From positions 1,824,001 to 1,888,000 of the forward strand of contig OZ241362.1 of the NCBI GenBank assembly GCA_965200315.1: a stretch of 64,000 nt of DNA, read 5' to 3'. Positions 19,607 through 30,058 of the stretch are shown here, piece by piece. Numbering within the stretch: position 1 is the first letter of the stretch; every line of letters starts with the position of its first letter. The notes beneath the pieces are model-generated. The model was not told the origin of the DNA. It saw only the letters and a program-made list of their open reading frames with translations, and ran no database searches. A program made the position numbers and the translations under genes. Source of the DNA: Candidatus Latescibacterota bacterium (GTDB taxonomy: Bacteria; Latescibacterota; UBA2968; UBA8231).

Positions 19607-20617
19607 CTATTCCTCGTCGTAGCGGATGCGGGGGTCGAGCCAAGCGTAGAGAATATCGGCGATGAGGTTGGCCAGCACGAAAACCGTGGCCAGCAACAAA
19701 ACCCCGCCCTGCACGGCGCGGAAGTCGCGCGCCTGCACCGCCAAAAAGAGCCAGCGTCCAACCCCAGGCCAAGCGAATATGGTCTCCGTGATAATCGCGC
19801 CCCCGAGCAAATAGCCGAATTGGAGGGCAATGACCGTAAGCGTGGGTATGAAGGCGTTTTTCAGGGCGTGGCGCACAATCACCACCCGCTCCCGCAGGCC
19901 CTTGGCCCAAGCCGTGCGGATGTAATCTTCGCCGAGAACGTCGAGCAGGCTGGCGCGGGTCATGCGCGCAATGACGGCCATGGGAATGGTCCCCAAAGTC
20001 AGGGCCGGCAGAAAAAGGTGCCACAGCACATCGCCGCAGGCCGCGAAATCGCCCTGTGCGAGGGTGTCGATTACGTAGAAATAGGTGATCGGCTCAAAGT
20101 AGATATGCGTACTCAAGCGGCCGGACACCGGAAAGAGCGGCACGTAAAAGGCCAACAGCAACACCAGCATCAGAGCCAGCCAAAATACGGGAATGGAAAT
20201 GCCAGCCGTGGCCAAGATCATGCTGAGCAGATCGGCGATCTTGCCGCGCCGCACTGCGGCCCACAGTCCGGCCGAGATGCCGACCGTCATGGCCAGCAGC
20301 ATACTGGCCAAGGTCAGCTCGCAGGTGGCCGGGAAGCGCTGGACGAGTTCAGTGGTGATTTTCTCGTGAGTGCGAATCGAGCGGCCGAGGTCACCGCTCA
20401 ACAGGCCAGTAAAGAAGCGGTAAAACTGCACGTGGAAGGGCTGGTCGAGGCCCAAAGTAGTGCGCAACTCGGCCAAGCTCTCGGCATTGGCGCGCTCTCC
20501 GAGCATGACTTGGGCCGGGTCGCCCGGCACCAAGTAGAGCATCAGAAAAACTAAAAGCGAAATCCCCGCCAGCGTCGGTAAGAGCGCTATGAGCCGCCGG
20601 AGGACGAAGCGGTGCAT
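19607..20617 (-). CDS. dppB: Dipeptide ABC transporter permease (DppB type)
   Basis: PGDPAQ.MLG, GDLGRS, LPALTLGTIP.A.IARMTR, HALKNA, TETIFAWPG.G motifs. Confidence 0.92.
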   Translation of the reverse strand: MHRFVLRRLIALLPTLAGISLLVFLMLYLVPGDPAQVMLGERANAESLAELRTTLGLDQPFHVQFYRFFTGLLSGDLGRSIRTHEKITTELVQRFPATCELTLASMLLAMTVGISAGLWAAVRRGKIADLLSMILATAGISIPVFWLALMLVLLLAFYVPLFPVSGRLSTHIYFEPITYFYVIDTLAQGDFAACGDVLWHLFLPALTLGTIPMAVIARMTRASLLDVLGEDYIRTAWAKGLRERVVIVRHALKNAFIPTLTVIALQFGYLLGGAIITETIFAWPGVGRWLFLAVQARDFRAVQGGVLLLATVFVLANLIADILYAWLDPRIRYDEE

Positions 20618-20620
20618 GGC

Positions 20621-22180
20621 TCAAGGTGCCAGCTCAGTACTGTGGAACCACTTGCTGCCCGTGGGATGTAGCTTGAAACCAGTGACGCGGCGCTGAAAAA
20701 CCACCGTCTGCGTCGCGTGTACTAGAGGCACCCAAGGCGCGTCGCGGTGGACGATTTCCTGCGCCCGGGCGTAGAGCCGCGTACGCTCGTCGCGCTCGGT
20801 AGAGCGACGAGCCGCCACGAGCGCGTCGTGCAGCTCGGCACTGCGGTAGAAGGCGATATTCTGGGCGGGCTTGATGGCCGCGGTGGAGTCGAGGAGCACG
20901 TAGAGGAAGTTGTCCGGGTCGCCATTGTCGCCGGTCCAGCCCAACAAAGCCATCTGGTGCTGACCATCGAACACCTTGTCCAAGTACGTCCCCCATTCCC
21001 AAGATACAATGCGAGCGCGGATGCCCACCTTTTCCAAGTCGGCCTGAATCGCCTCAGCGATTTTGCTGGGCTGCGGCATATAGGGGCGCGGCACCGGCAT
21101 GGCCCACAGCTCGGTTGCAAAGCCGTCGGCATAACCGGCTTCCGCCAGCAAGGCCCGCGCTTTGGCCGGATCATAGCTATAGCCCGCAATGGTGTCGTTG
21201 TAGCTCCACAAGGTCGGTGGGATGGGGGTTTTGGCCGGCATGGCCAAGCCCTCGTAGAAATTATCCACCAGAGCCTGCTTATCCACGGCGTGGTTTATGG
21301 CGCGGCGCACCCGCACATCGTCGAAAGGCTTCTTGTCCAAGTGCATGGCCAAGTAGCCGATGTTCATGCCCGCCTGCGTCAAAAGGTGGAGGTTGGGATC
21401 GGCGCGGATCGGCTCGATGTACTCAGGGCTGAGGTTGTCGAAGCCGTGAATCGTGCCCTGCGAAAGCTCCAAGAAGCGCACCGAGGCTTCCTGAATAGGC
21501 TTGAAAATTAGGCGGTCAAGCTGCGGCTTTGGCCCCCAGTAATCGGGATTGCGCTCCAAGACGATGCGCTCGTCTTTGCGCCATTCGACAAAACGGAAGG
21601 GGCCGGTGCCGACCGGGTTTTTGAAGTAATCGCGACCGTAACGAGCCACCGCAGTGGGGCTGACGGCCGCACAGAAGTTCATCGCCAAGTTCGCCAAGAA
21701 GGGAGCGTGAGGCTCTTTGAGGCGAATGACAAAAGTCGAGTCGTCCGGGGCTTCTAGCGAGGCGACGATGTCGTCCATGCCCATGGCCTGCCAGTACTTG
21801 TAAGAACCGGCGACCTTGTGAAAGGGATGGTCTTTGTCAAACTGCCGCCCGAGCGAAAACAGCATGGCCTCGGCGTTAAAGGGGGTGCCGTCGTGAAAGC
21901 GGACCCCCGTGTGCAAGTGGAAGGTCCACGTGAGCTGATCGTCGGCAATATCCCAAGAATGCGCAAGCTGCGGCACGACGGTCGTGCTCTCGCTGTCGTA
22001 GGTCACCAAGGTCTCGTAGATGTTGTCGCAGACCTTGAACGATTCGCCGTCGTTTTCAATCCCCGGGTCCAGCCCGATTGAATCCGAGCCGCGACCAAAA
22101 ACCAAGGTGTGCTGGGCGCGTTCCTCTTGGCCGCAGGCGACGAGAACGGCAACAACCAAGAGGATGCCAAGACGTTGCAA
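20621..22180 (-). CDS. dppA: ABC transporter substrate-binding lipoprotein (DppA, SBP family 5)
   Basis: LVAC lipobox, V.FHDGTPFNA, PVGTGPF, RPYMP, GWTGDNGDPDNF motifs. Confidence 0.92.
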   Translation of the reverse strand: MQRLGILLVVAVLVACGQEERAQHTLVFGRGSDSIGLDPGIENDGESFKVCDNIYETLVTYDSESTTVVPQLAHSWDIADDQLTWTFHLHTGVRFHDGTPFNAEAMLFSLGRQFDKDHPFHKVAGSYKYWQAMGMDDIVASLEAPDDSTFVIRLKEPHAPFLANLAMNFCAAVSPTAVARYGRDYFKNPVGTGPFRFVEWRKDERIVLERNPDYWGPKPQLDRLIFKPIQEASVRFLELSQGTIHGFDNLSPEYIEPIRADPNLHLLTQAGMNIGYLAMHLDKKPFDDVRVRRAINHAVDKQALVDNFYEGLAMPAKTPIPPTLWSYNDTIAGYSYDPAKARALLAEAGYADGFATELWAMPVPRPYMPQPSKIAEAIQADLEKVGIRARIVSWEWGTYLDKVFDGQHQMALLGWTGDNGDPDNFLYVLLDSTAAIKPAQNIAFYRSAELHDALVAARRSTERDERTRLYARAQEIVHRDAPWVPLVHATQTVVFQRRVTGFKLHPTGSKWFHSTELAP

Positions 22181-22182
22181 CG

Positions 22183-23172
22183 CTAGTCCTCAAACGCCGC
22201 GTCAAAGGCAATGTCCGAGGGCGGGAAATCGACCTGTTTGACGAAGGCGGCCGCTTCTGTCGCGCCGTGGACGCGATCCATGCCGCTGTCTTCCCATTCG
22301 ACCGACAGCGGCCCTTGGTAGTTGATGCGATTGAGGGCACGGATGATTTCCTCAAAGTCGATATTGCCGCGGCCCAACGAGCGGAAGTCCCAATAGCGCC
22401 GGCGGTCACCGAACTCGGTGTGCCCGCCGAAGACTCCGGCGTCAGTCGGCGTCGCAGACCAGCCTACGTCCTTCATGTGGACGTGGAAAATGCGGTCGCT
22501 GAATCGCTGGATAAACTCAATGTAGTCCACGCCTTGGTAGCCAAGGTGGCTGGGATCGTAGTTGAAGCCAAAGGCCGGGTGGCCGTCAAGGGCTTGAATG
22601 GCGCGCTCGGCCGAGGCGCTATCAAAGGCGATTTCCGTGGGGTGGACCTCTAGCGCAAACTTGACGCCGAGTGCTTGGTATTGGTCGAGTATAGGCTTCC
22701 AGCGTACGGCAAAATCCGCGAACCCAGCCTCGATCATGTCGGGGGATACCGGCGGGAATGAATAGAGCAGGTGCCAAATCGAGGAGCCGGTAAAGCCGTT
22801 GACCACGTCAACCCCAAGCCGGGCGGCCGCTTGTCCGGTGGCGATCATTTCTTCGGCTGCGCGCTGGCGCACACCCTCTGGGTCGCCATCGCCGAAGATA
22901 CGCGGGGGCAGGATGGCTTGGTGGCGGCTGTCGATGGCGTCGCACACGGCTTGGCCGACGAGGTGATTGGAAATGGAAAACAGCGCTAGATCGTATTTTG
23001 TGAGCAGTTCGCGCTTGGCCTCGCAATAGGCATCTGTGGCTTGGTCAACTTCAAAATGGTCTCCCCAGCAGGCCAGCTCCAAGCCGTCGTAGCCAAACTC
23101 AACGGCCTGTTGACAGAGGGTCTCAATAGGCAGGTCGGCCCACTGGCCAGTGAAAAGGGTGACGGGTCGCAT
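22183..23172 (-). CDS. Sugar phosphate isomerase/epimerase (xylose-isomerase-like TIM barrel)
   Basis: [51 protein letters not shown] motifs; RBS AAGGAG. Confidence 0.9.
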   Translation of the reverse strand: MRPVTLFTGQWADLPIETLCQQAVEFGYDGLELACWGDHFEVDQATDAYCEAKRELLTKYDLALFSISNHLVGQAVCDAIDSRHQAILPPRIFGDGDPEGVRQRAAEEMIATGQAAARLGVDVVNGFTGSSIWHLLYSFPPVSPDMIEAGFADFAVRWKPILDQYQALGVKFALEVHPTEIAFDSASAERAIQALDGHPAFGFNYDPSHLGYQGVDYIEFIQRFSDRIFHVHMKDVGWSATPTDAGVFGGHTEFGDRRRYWDFRSLGRGNIDFEEIIRALNRINYQGPLSVEWEDSGMDRVHGATEAAAFVKQVDFPPSDIAFDAAFED

Positions 23173-23245
23173 TACAATAGCTCCTTGTTGGTGTATGAGA
23201 GGGAGTATATACGCCGGTCGTTGCTTGGGTGTCAAGGCTAGACCG

Positions 23246-24016
23246 CTAGCGGCTGAGCGACTTTTCTCGCCGGAGGTCAATGTCAAAAATGCGCAGATAG
23301 CGGCCCTGAAACTCGCCGACGACCTCGAGAATCAGGTCTTCGTCGAGATCGAGCAGACCCATGCGCTCGCCAAAAGGCTCGGGCGACTGCCACTCCAAGT
23401 CTAAGAAGCGGGCGTCGAACACGTAGCCATCGTTGAGCACGATCTCGTCTTCGTCGTCCCCATCTACGTCGCCGATGAGAATCTGATCGGCCGTCAAATC
23501 GGTCTGGTCGCTGCGCCGCTGCTCGTACTGGTCGCGGACATCATACACGATTAAGCGGCCATCGGCGCAGAACACGAGCTCGGGCTGGGGGTCGTCGTCG
23601 ATGTCGCCAATGGTCAGGCTGGTAATGCGGGCGTATTCATTGGGCGAGTTGCTCCACAGCAGCGTATAGTCCTGAGAGTCGAAGTAATACACGCGGCCTT
23701 GGTCGGTATAGGCGACGATCTCGTCGAGCTGGTCGTCGTTGATGTCGAGGACGAATACGCCGGCCACCGCACCTTCGAGATAGTCGCTGTCCCACACCTC
23801 GGTACAGGTGCGGTCGCGCTCCTCATAGACGTGGAGCCGGCCATCGTTGTCGCCGAGCACGAAGCGGTCTGGGCCGTCGCCCGCAGGCAGGCGCTGGATA
23901 TTGTCGAATTCGTCTAGGTCTCCCCTATAAGCCGGCCATTCCGCAGCTTGCCCGGTGCTGGACACGGAGGGAACCAGCCATAACGCGCATAAGATCAATC
24001 GCAACATGATGGTCAT
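23246..24016 (-). CDS. Secreted FG-GAP/VCBS-like repeat protein
   Basis: Signal peptide and four D-x-D-x-D-x-x-x-E-[IL]V repeats ([44 protein letters not shown]). Confidence 0.7.
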   Translation of the reverse strand: MTIMLRLILCALWLVPSVSSTGQAAEWPAYRGDLDEFDNIQRLPAGDGPDRFVLGDNDGRLHVYEERDRTCTEVWDSDYLEGAVAGVFVLDINDDQLDEIVAYTDQGRVYYFDSQDYTLLWSNSPNEYARITSLTIGDIDDDPQPELVFCADGRLIVYDVRDQYEQRRSDQTDLTADQILIGDVDGDDEDEIVLNDGYVFDARFLDLEWQSPEPFGERMGLLDLDEDLILEVVGEFQGRYLRIFDIDLRREKSLSR

Positions 24017-25227
24017 TACTCCTTGATGGCGGCCGCCTGAGCGGCCTCATATACAGAGAGCAAGGGCACTTGATGCTCTTGGGCTAGCCGAGCGCAGTCC
24101 TCGTATTCAGGAGCGGCGCGGCCGCGTCCATCTATATAGCTAAACTTGACATTGACCTCCCCGTACGGCGTGGCAACGGCGCGAATCTGACGTTCTAAGA
24201 CACGGCGTTCCACTCCATAGTAGCGCAGGCCGATGGTAGTAGTTTCTTGCAGAACGATCGCGGCTAGCTCGTCCAAGCGGCCCGCCGGCGCGAGGACGCT
24301 AAGGACATTGCCTAACCGGCCCTTTTTCATAAGGACCGGCGTGGCGTACACATCGCACGCGCCCTGCTCTAGCAGCCGGTCGAAGAGGTAGCTGTACACT
24401 TCTGGGTTCATATCGTCGATGTTGGCTTCGATCAGCAGGACGCGCTCGCTGGCCGGTACGCGCTCGCCCAAGCGCAGGCGCAAGAGATTGGGGATGGCGT
24501 CTAAATCGCGGCGGCCCGCACCATAGCCAACGGCTTGTTGGCAAAAGGACGGCTGCGGCCCAAAAGAACGAGCTAAGGTGGTGATGATCGCTGCCCCAGT
24601 CGGGGTGACGAGTTCGGCGCGGATATCGGTCTGTTCGGTTGGCACGTCGCGGCAGAGAGCCAAGACCCCAGGCACGGGCACCGGGTAGCGCCCGTGCGCG
24701 CAGCGCACAAAACCCGTGCCAAAACGCAGGGGCGAAGCGCAAACCTCGTCCACCTCCAAAAGCTGGAGGCCGACCACGGCCCCCACTACGTCTATCAGGG
24801 CGTCGAGAGCCCCCACTTCGTGCAGGGCCACTTCGGCGGGCGCGGCGTTGTGTACCTCGGCTTCGGCTCTACACAGGCGCTCAAAGACGCGGATGGAGCG
24901 CTCCTTGACGACGTCGTCTAAGCGGCTAGCGGCAATGCGGCTGGTTATATCTTTGAGGTGGGCGTGAGGGTGATCGTGCGTGGGCTGGCCAGACAGATCG
25001 AGATGGTGCTCAGCGTCGGCCAACGGCTCACCAGCCACGCAGACCTTAGCGCGGGTGGCGGCAATGGCGTGCCGGGCGGTGGATTCGCGCTCAATGGCGA
25101 CGTCCTGGACGCCCAGCTTGGCAATTTCTCGGTTGAGGTTCGCTAGCGGGAGCCCCGCGTCGAGCAGGGCACCCAAGATCATGTCGCCGCTGATACCAGA
25201 AAAGCAGTCGAAGTAGGCGATCTTCAT
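24016..25227 (-). CDS. larC: Nickel pincer cofactor biosynthesis protein LarC
   Basis: YFDCFSGISGDMILGAL, His-rich insert, HEVGALD, ELVTPTGAA, EANIDDM, MKKGR, PEYED motifs; uninterrupted reading frame. Confidence 0.95.
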   Translation of the reverse strand: MKIAYFDCFSGISGDMILGALLDAGLPLANLNREIAKLGVQDVAIERESTARHAIAATRAKVCVAGEPLADAEHHLDLSGQPTHDHPHAHLKDITSRIAASRLDDVVKERSIRVFERLCRAEAEVHNAAPAEVALHEVGALDALIDVVGAVVGLQLLEVDEVCASPLRFGTGFVRCAHGRYPVPVPGVLALCRDVPTEQTDIRAELVTPTGAAIITTLARSFGPQPSFCQQAVGYGAGRRDLDAIPNLLRLRLGERVPASERVLLIEANIDDMNPEVYSYLFDRLLEQGACDVYATPVLMKKGRLGNVLSVLAPAGRLDELAAIVLQETTTIGLRYYGVERRVLERQIRAVATPYGEVNVKFSYIDGRGRAAPEYEDCARLAQEHQVPLLSVYEAAQAAAIKE

Positions 25228-25242
25228 CTTCGCCTCCCGCGC

Positions 25243-25650
25243 TCAGGACAGGCGCTTGAGATCGGCCTTGCGCTTCTTCCAGTCGAACTCCTCGGCAAAA
25301 TCGTACACATCGACGAAGTCTTCAATCCGGTCCTCGGCTGTCTTACGCAGCAAATTCGCATTGACCAAGTTGAAGACAATCTCGCCAAAATCGCGCGTTT
25401 GCTCAATGCCCCAGTGGGCAAAGACTGAGCAGGTAAGCGGCCCAAATTGATCGGCACTATACTCGCTGATGCCAAAGAGCAGATCCCGACCGGAAATATG
25501 TCGCTTCTCTTCACTCAAGGTCCCCTTGTTCTTGCCGAGCTTTTGCACCGTGTATCCTAGCGCATCGTACACAAAAAGATACGCATCACTCCTATAGCGC
25601 CCGTCGCGCTTGGCCAAATTTTCGATTTCTTGCAGCGTTTTTGGTTCCAT
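25243..25650 (-). CDS. Minf_1886-family conserved hypothetical protein
   Basis: RY..DAYLFV..AL, HISGRDLL, FG.L...VF..WGI..T.DFGEIVFNLV, DF..VYDF motifs. Confidence 0.75.
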   Translation of the reverse strand: MEPKTLQEIENLAKRDGRYRSDAYLFVYDALGYTVQKLGKNKGTLSEEKRHISGRDLLFGISEYSADQFGPLTCSVFAHWGIEQTRDFGEIVFNLVNANLLRKTAEDRIEDFVDVYDFAEEFDWKKRKADLKRLS

Positions 25651-25677
25651 CGAAGAAGGGCAATAAGGGCAATAAAA

Positions 25678-27012
25678 CTAGGGTGGTGGGGATGTCAAGG
25701 TCGAGGCAAAACGCCAAGTGCGCGGGCCAAGGTCGAGGACGTACAAAAGCGCGTCGCGCTTGCGGACAAAGTCGGGTAACAGATCGTCAACTAGCGTTGG
25801 GACGGCATGGCCTTTGTTGATGAGTTCGGGATTGATGTGGTGGCCATTCTTGATGATTTCGTAGTGTAGGTGGGAGGCGGTCGCGAGTCCAGTGGCACCA
25901 ACCTTGCCGATGATCTCTTTTTGCTCTACGGGCTGACCTTTGCGAACCAATATCTTGCTCAGGTGCGCGTAGCGGGTGCGATAGCCATTGGCATGGACGA
26001 TTTCGACCAATTTGCCGTAACCGCCTTTCCAGCCCGCGAACGCGACCCGTCCGCGGGCCGTAGTCCACACCAAAGTGCCCGTCGGCGCACCATAGTCCGT
26101 CCCTAGATGGGGACGTCGCCTTTTGAGTATGGGATGGAAACGTTGGCGGTTGAAGGGCGAGGTGATGCGATTGACGCCAAGGGGCTTGAGTACGAACATT
26201 CGGCCGAGGGAGCGGCCGCTGGCGTTGTAATAGGCATCTTCTCCCTCAGTGGCAGCATAGCGGACCGCCAACTCGGTTACTCGTTCGCCTTCGTAGCGCG
26301 CCAAGAGGATGTCGCCGTAGCGGACGAAGTGCTCGTCAATGTAGAGCTTTTCAAAGACAATTCCTAGTCGATCACCGCGGCGCGGGTCCCGCTGGAAGTC
26401 GATGACTGAGCCAAATATGTCATCGACGAGCACATCGCTGAGCGCACTACCCTCCCCGGCTGCATTGATGGCGTTGGAGAGACTGTCCTCAATGCGCACT
26501 TCGAGCCGCTCGACTCGTTGCTCCAGCGGTAGCTGCAACTGGCGAGCAACAAGCTGGCCGTCGCGTCGTTCCACCTCGATCGGGCGATCTGGGGTGCGGT
26601 GAGGCGTGTAGCGGAAGCGGCGAATGGCCCCGCTGGTGTCGCTTACTACCTCGTAGTGGTCGCCCGACTTGACTTGTGAGGGGTCGAAAACCGCGTATAA
26701 CGCCTCGTACAGCAGCTCCAACTCGTGGGGCGGGACGCGGTGGCGCTTGAGCGAGTGGTTGATGGAATCCCCGCGGCGCAACTCGACCGCAATCGTCTGA
26801 TCGACGGACGAGGGCGTAGTCGGAGGGCCGACAAAGGGAGACTCCCAAACTGCGGCCGAAGCGGCCGGAGTAAAGACCACAAAGGACGTTTCCTCTTCGA
26901 GGTGGGCGGCTGCGGCCGCCGAGTGCTGAGAGGACATCCCCAAGCGCAGCGCCATAAGCGCAAGGCTACCCAACAGGATGCCCCAGAACCAAATGGCAAA
27001 TCCAAATCTCAT
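25678..27012 (-). CDS. M23 family peptidoglycan DD-endopeptidase (MepM-like)
   Basis: N-terminal TM helix, RFHPILK, HLGTDY, TRYAHLS, HLHYE motifs. Confidence 0.92.
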   Translation of the reverse strand: MRFGFAIWFWGILLGSLALMALRLGMSSQHSAAAAAHLEEETSFVVFTPAASAAVWESPFVGPPTTPSSVDQTIAVELRRGDSINHSLKRHRVPPHELELLYEALYAVFDPSQVKSGDHYEVVSDTSGAIRRFRYTPHRTPDRPIEVERRDGQLVARQLQLPLEQRVERLEVRIEDSLSNAINAAGEGSALSDVLVDDIFGSVIDFQRDPRRGDRLGIVFEKLYIDEHFVRYGDILLARYEGERVTELAVRYAATEGEDAYYNASGRSLGRMFVLKPLGVNRITSPFNRQRFHPILKRRRPHLGTDYGAPTGTLVWTTARGRVAFAGWKGGYGKLVEIVHANGYRTRYAHLSKILVRKGQPVEQKEIIGKVGATGLATASHLHYEIIKNGHHINPELINKGHAVPTLVDDLLPDFVRKRDALLYVLDLGPRTWRFASTLTSPPP

Positions 27013-27130
27013 ATTATTTTATGTTATGAAAAATAAGGGGACTGACAACGGGTGGGGAAACCGTTGACCAATGTCGCTAAAACCTTACCATATATAATCT
27101 CGTGTCATTCAAGCGTCAAGAGCTTTTAAT

Positions 27131-28186
27131 ATGATTCGTCAAATATACGACCTGAAAGCCATGCTGCCCAAGGAGTTAGACCGTATCGTGGGCGAGCTCG
27201 AAGAACCGGCCTACCGCAGTCGTCAGATCATTGATTGGCTCTACGCCAAAGGCGTACGCGATGTTCGGGAGATGACCAATATCTCCAAAATTTTGCGTGA
27301 GAAGCTCGCCGAGCGGACGCGCATTACTTGCCTAAACCTCGTCAAGCGTCAGGAATCGACCACGGGCGAAGCGGTCAAATTTCTCTTTGAGCTGCCCACC
27401 GGACAGCGAATCGAGTCCGTACTAATCGTCGATGGCACCCGGCGCACAGCGTGCCTGTCGTCGCAAGTAGGCTGTCCGCTCGACTGCAAGTTCTGCGCCA
27501 CCGGGCGGATGGGGATGGTCGCCAACCTCGAAGCCGGGCAGATCGTCGATCAGCTCTTGCAGGTGAACCAGTTCGCCCGTGAGCGGGGCGAGAAGGTGAC
27601 CAATGTGGTGATGATGGGAATGGGCGAGCCGCTGCTCAACTACGCGGCGGTTGTGCGTGCCCTCAAGCTAATGCTCCTAAAAGAGGGCATTGGGTTGGGC
27701 GGGCGGAAAGTTACCGTGTCCACCGCCGGGTACATTCCGGGCATTCGCCGGCTCATGGCCGAAGAGCTCAACGTGGGGTTGGCCATTTCTCTCAACGCCA
27801 CGACCGACGCGATGCGCGAGCAGCTCATGCCGATCAATCGCAAGTACAAAATCGCCGACCTCTTGGCGGTCGCACGCGAATTTTTCGCCTGTCGTGGCTA
27901 TGGCGTCACCTTTGAATACGTACTCATGGCCGGGTTGACCGATGCGGACGCAGATGCGCAACGGCTAGCCGCACTAACCCGCGACATTCCCTGCAAGCTC
28001 AACCTCATACCCTACAACGAAACAACAGACCGCCGCTTCCGCCGACCCGCCCACCGACGCCTAGCGCAATTTTACCAAGTGCTCAGAGGCTGCGGCGTCG
28101 AGTTTACCGTGCGCCATAGCCGCGGGCGAGACATCGACGCGGCCTGCGGTCAGCTCCACCACCAGCAAAAAGATGAAGGGGCGTGA
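27131..28186 (+). CDS. rlmN: 23S rRNA m2A2503 / tRNA methyltransferase, radical SAM
   Basis: CLSSQVGCPLDCKFCATG, MGMGEP, NLIPYN, DIDAACGQL motifs. Confidence 0.96.
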   Translation: MIRQIYDLKAMLPKELDRIVGELEEPAYRSRQIIDWLYAKGVRDVREMTNISKILREKLAERTRITCLNLVKRQESTTGEAVKFLFELPTGQRIESVLIVDGTRRTACLSSQVGCPLDCKFCATGRMGMVANLEAGQIVDQLLQVNQFARERGEKVTNVVMMGMGEPLLNYAAVVRALKLMLLKEGIGLGGRKVTVSTAGYIPGIRRLMAEELNVGLAISLNATTDAMREQLMPINRKYKIADLLAVAREFFACRGYGVTFEYVLMAGLTDADADAQRLAALTRDIPCKLNLIPYNETTDRRFRRPAHRRLAQFYQVLRGCGVEFTVRHSRGRDIDAACGQLHHQQKDEGA

Positions 28187-28704
28187 ACTTCAAAGGACAT
28201 GTCTTGGGAGGAATCGTCGCCGGCAGTGGAGTGACGGCGGGCGCAGTTTACTTGGGCTCTGTCGCGCCCGACGACCTGACGACCCAAGCCGCTGTTGGCG
28301 GCACCGCGCTGTTTTTCTCCCTCTTTCCCGACTTGGACACGGCTTCGGTGGCACAGCGGTGGTTTTTCCGCGGCGTGTTCTGCGCCTTGCTCTATCTGGG
28401 CTGGGCCGAGCACTACGAGTTGGCAACGCTAGTGGGCCTCTTGTGCGTCCTACCGCTTTTGGATCACCATCGCGGCTGGACGCACTGGAAGATCAGCCCG
28501 TTCATCACCGTAGGGTTGCTAGGCGCGAGCTACGAATACTGGCGGGCGCGGCAGGCTTTTTTGGGGGAATTTAGCTGGAATAACGTACACACCCTGTTGG
28601 AAGGGCATGTGGTGTTCTTTGTTGCCTGCATCGTCGGTTGGTACACTCACCTATTGCTAGACGGACGCTTCAAGGTGTTTCCCACCAGCCGAGACCACCA
28701 CTGA
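28183..28704 (+). CDS. Membrane-bound metal-dependent hydrolase (YdjM-like)
   Basis: N-terminal GH, FPDLD, HRGWTH, GWYTHLLLD motifs; GTGA overlap with rlmN. Confidence 0.8.
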   Translation: MNFKGHVLGGIVAGSGVTAGAVYLGSVAPDDLTTQAAVGGTALFFSLFPDLDTASVAQRWFFRGVFCALLYLGWAEHYELATLVGLLCVLPLLDHHRGWTHWKISPFITVGLLGASYEYWRARQAFLGEFSWNNVHTLLEGHVVFFVACIVGWYTHLLLDGRFKVFPTSRDHH

Positions 28705-28710
28705 GGCGGC

Positions 28711-29091
28711 TCAGGCGCTCTCGGCCTTGGCGTCTTTCTCTTTATCTTTGCTCTTACTGACGAACTTCTTGATCTTGTCGATGGCCTCGGGCACCAGCGC
28801 GATGATCTGACTCCAACCGGCCTCCTGATCGCCGATGGACGCCACCTGCACCCGGCCATCGGCATCGACGATGAGGAAGGCGATGGGTTCGATGTTCGCG
28901 CCGCCGCCCGTCCCGCTCTGCCCCTTGCCCTCCAGCCCTCCGCCGGCCCCAAAGCCAAACGATATTTTCGATACCGGAATAATGGTCAAGTCGCCGGCCT
29001 GAAACGGCTGCCCGATGACGGTTTCGGTTTGCACGATGCGGTGCAACTCGCCTAGGACGCGCTCGACTAGGGATTCTACGGACGATGCCAT
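28711..29091 (-). CDS. GerW/YtfJ family protein
   Basis: ETVIG.P.....TIIPVSKISFGFGAGG...GGGANIEPIAFL motif. Confidence 0.9.
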   Translation of the reverse strand: MASSVESLVERVLGELHRIVQTETVIGQPFQAGDLTIIPVSKISFGFGAGGGLEGKGQSGTGGGANIEPIAFLIVDADGRVQVASIGDQEAGWSQIIALVPEAIDKIKKFVSKSKDKEKDAKAESA

Positions 29092-29106
29092 GAAAAACTC
29101 CTCGAC

Positions 29107-29763
29107 TTAGATCGGGGTACGGAAGCGTGCGGCCAACAAGCAGTATGCCGCCTGCGAGCCAAAGCGCCCTAAAAGCAAAATTAACAAGCCCAAGTGCAAA
29201 TGAGCGACCAAGGCCAAGCGGCCAAAAGCCCCCGTGCGCACGAAATCCGGGCTGACGTTTATTTGCACCTTTCCCTTGTGCGCGGCAACCGCCTGTAAAT
29301 AGCCATAGACCCGCCCGGTTTGCGCCGGGTCGGCAAAGCCCAAGCGGCCCTCAATTCGCAGCTTTTTAAGCCGAATGATGCGCGGCAGGCTCGCCAATAG
29401 CCCAAGACTGGGCTTGATCAGCAGGCGCACGAGCGGACGCAGGTTCCGCTCGCGGGCTTTGGGCGCGGCCTCTTGCTCGGCTTTTCGCCGTGTCTTTGAC
29501 TTCCGTTTCACTTGGGGCCGTAGCGGCAGGGAAAGGTATGGCAGGAATTGGCCCAAGAGCACGGGCGCGATGCGCAGGCCCTGCGGGCTCCATCGCAGAC
29601 CAAGCCCTAGCCCACCCCAAAAAAAGGACAGCCGCACACCCCATTCCCAAGACTCCGGCAGGCCCTCGCGTCGGCAGCGCAAAGCAAGGGCCATAGGGGC
29701 ACACAGCGCACTGAGGCCGAGCGCACCCAACGCGCCTAACGCGGGTAGTAGCCAGTCTAGCAT
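29107..29763 (-). CDS. DUF2953 (YtfI-like) protein
   Basis: N-terminal TM helix, G..DPA.TG..YG and V.PDF motifs; canonical position upstream of ytfJ. Confidence 0.75.
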   Translation of the reverse strand: MLDWLLPALGALGALGLSALCAPMALALRCRREGLPESWEWGVRLSFFWGGLGLGLRWSPQGLRIAPVLLGQFLPYLSLPLRPQVKRKSKTRRKAEQEAAPKARERNLRPLVRLLIKPSLGLLASLPRIIRLKKLRIEGRLGFADPAQTGRVYGYLQAVAAHKGKVQINVSPDFVRTGAFGRLALVAHLHLGLLILLLGRFGSQAAYCLLAARFRTPI

Positions 29764-29939
29764 AAAGAGGGACGCGGCTTTTGCTGCCACGCCGCGCTCC
29801 AATCGGTGCGTCTGGAAAGCTGCATAGCGGCGACCAAGGTGACAATGCACAACAGGAGGAAGGCTAAGCTCGCTTACAACCTATCGGCGCCCACTGGTTC
29901 AGTCAAGGCTTTCTAGGGATGCAGACAGGGGCTTCTACC

Positions 29940-29968
29940 TTGACAGCACCCGCGTCGTACGTTAGGCT
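29940..29968 (+). promoter_or_regulatory. Putative sigma70 promoter
   Basis: TTGACA - 17 bp - TAGGCT, about 90 bp upstream of ATG 30059. Confidence 0.6.
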
Positions 29969-30058
29969 TGAATTAGACGTAAGTCATAGTTAAAAAGTGA
30001 GTTAGGCTTTTTTGGTCAAAGGGCCAGAACGCGGCAAAAGCGACGAAGGACAAACCGA

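Noticed and set aside
24016-25227. Programmed frameshift in larC
   Set aside because: The frame here is continuous across both domains.
28711-29763. ytfJ/ytfI as evidence of sporulation
   Set aside because: These families occur widely in non-sporulating organisms, and no other spo genes are present.
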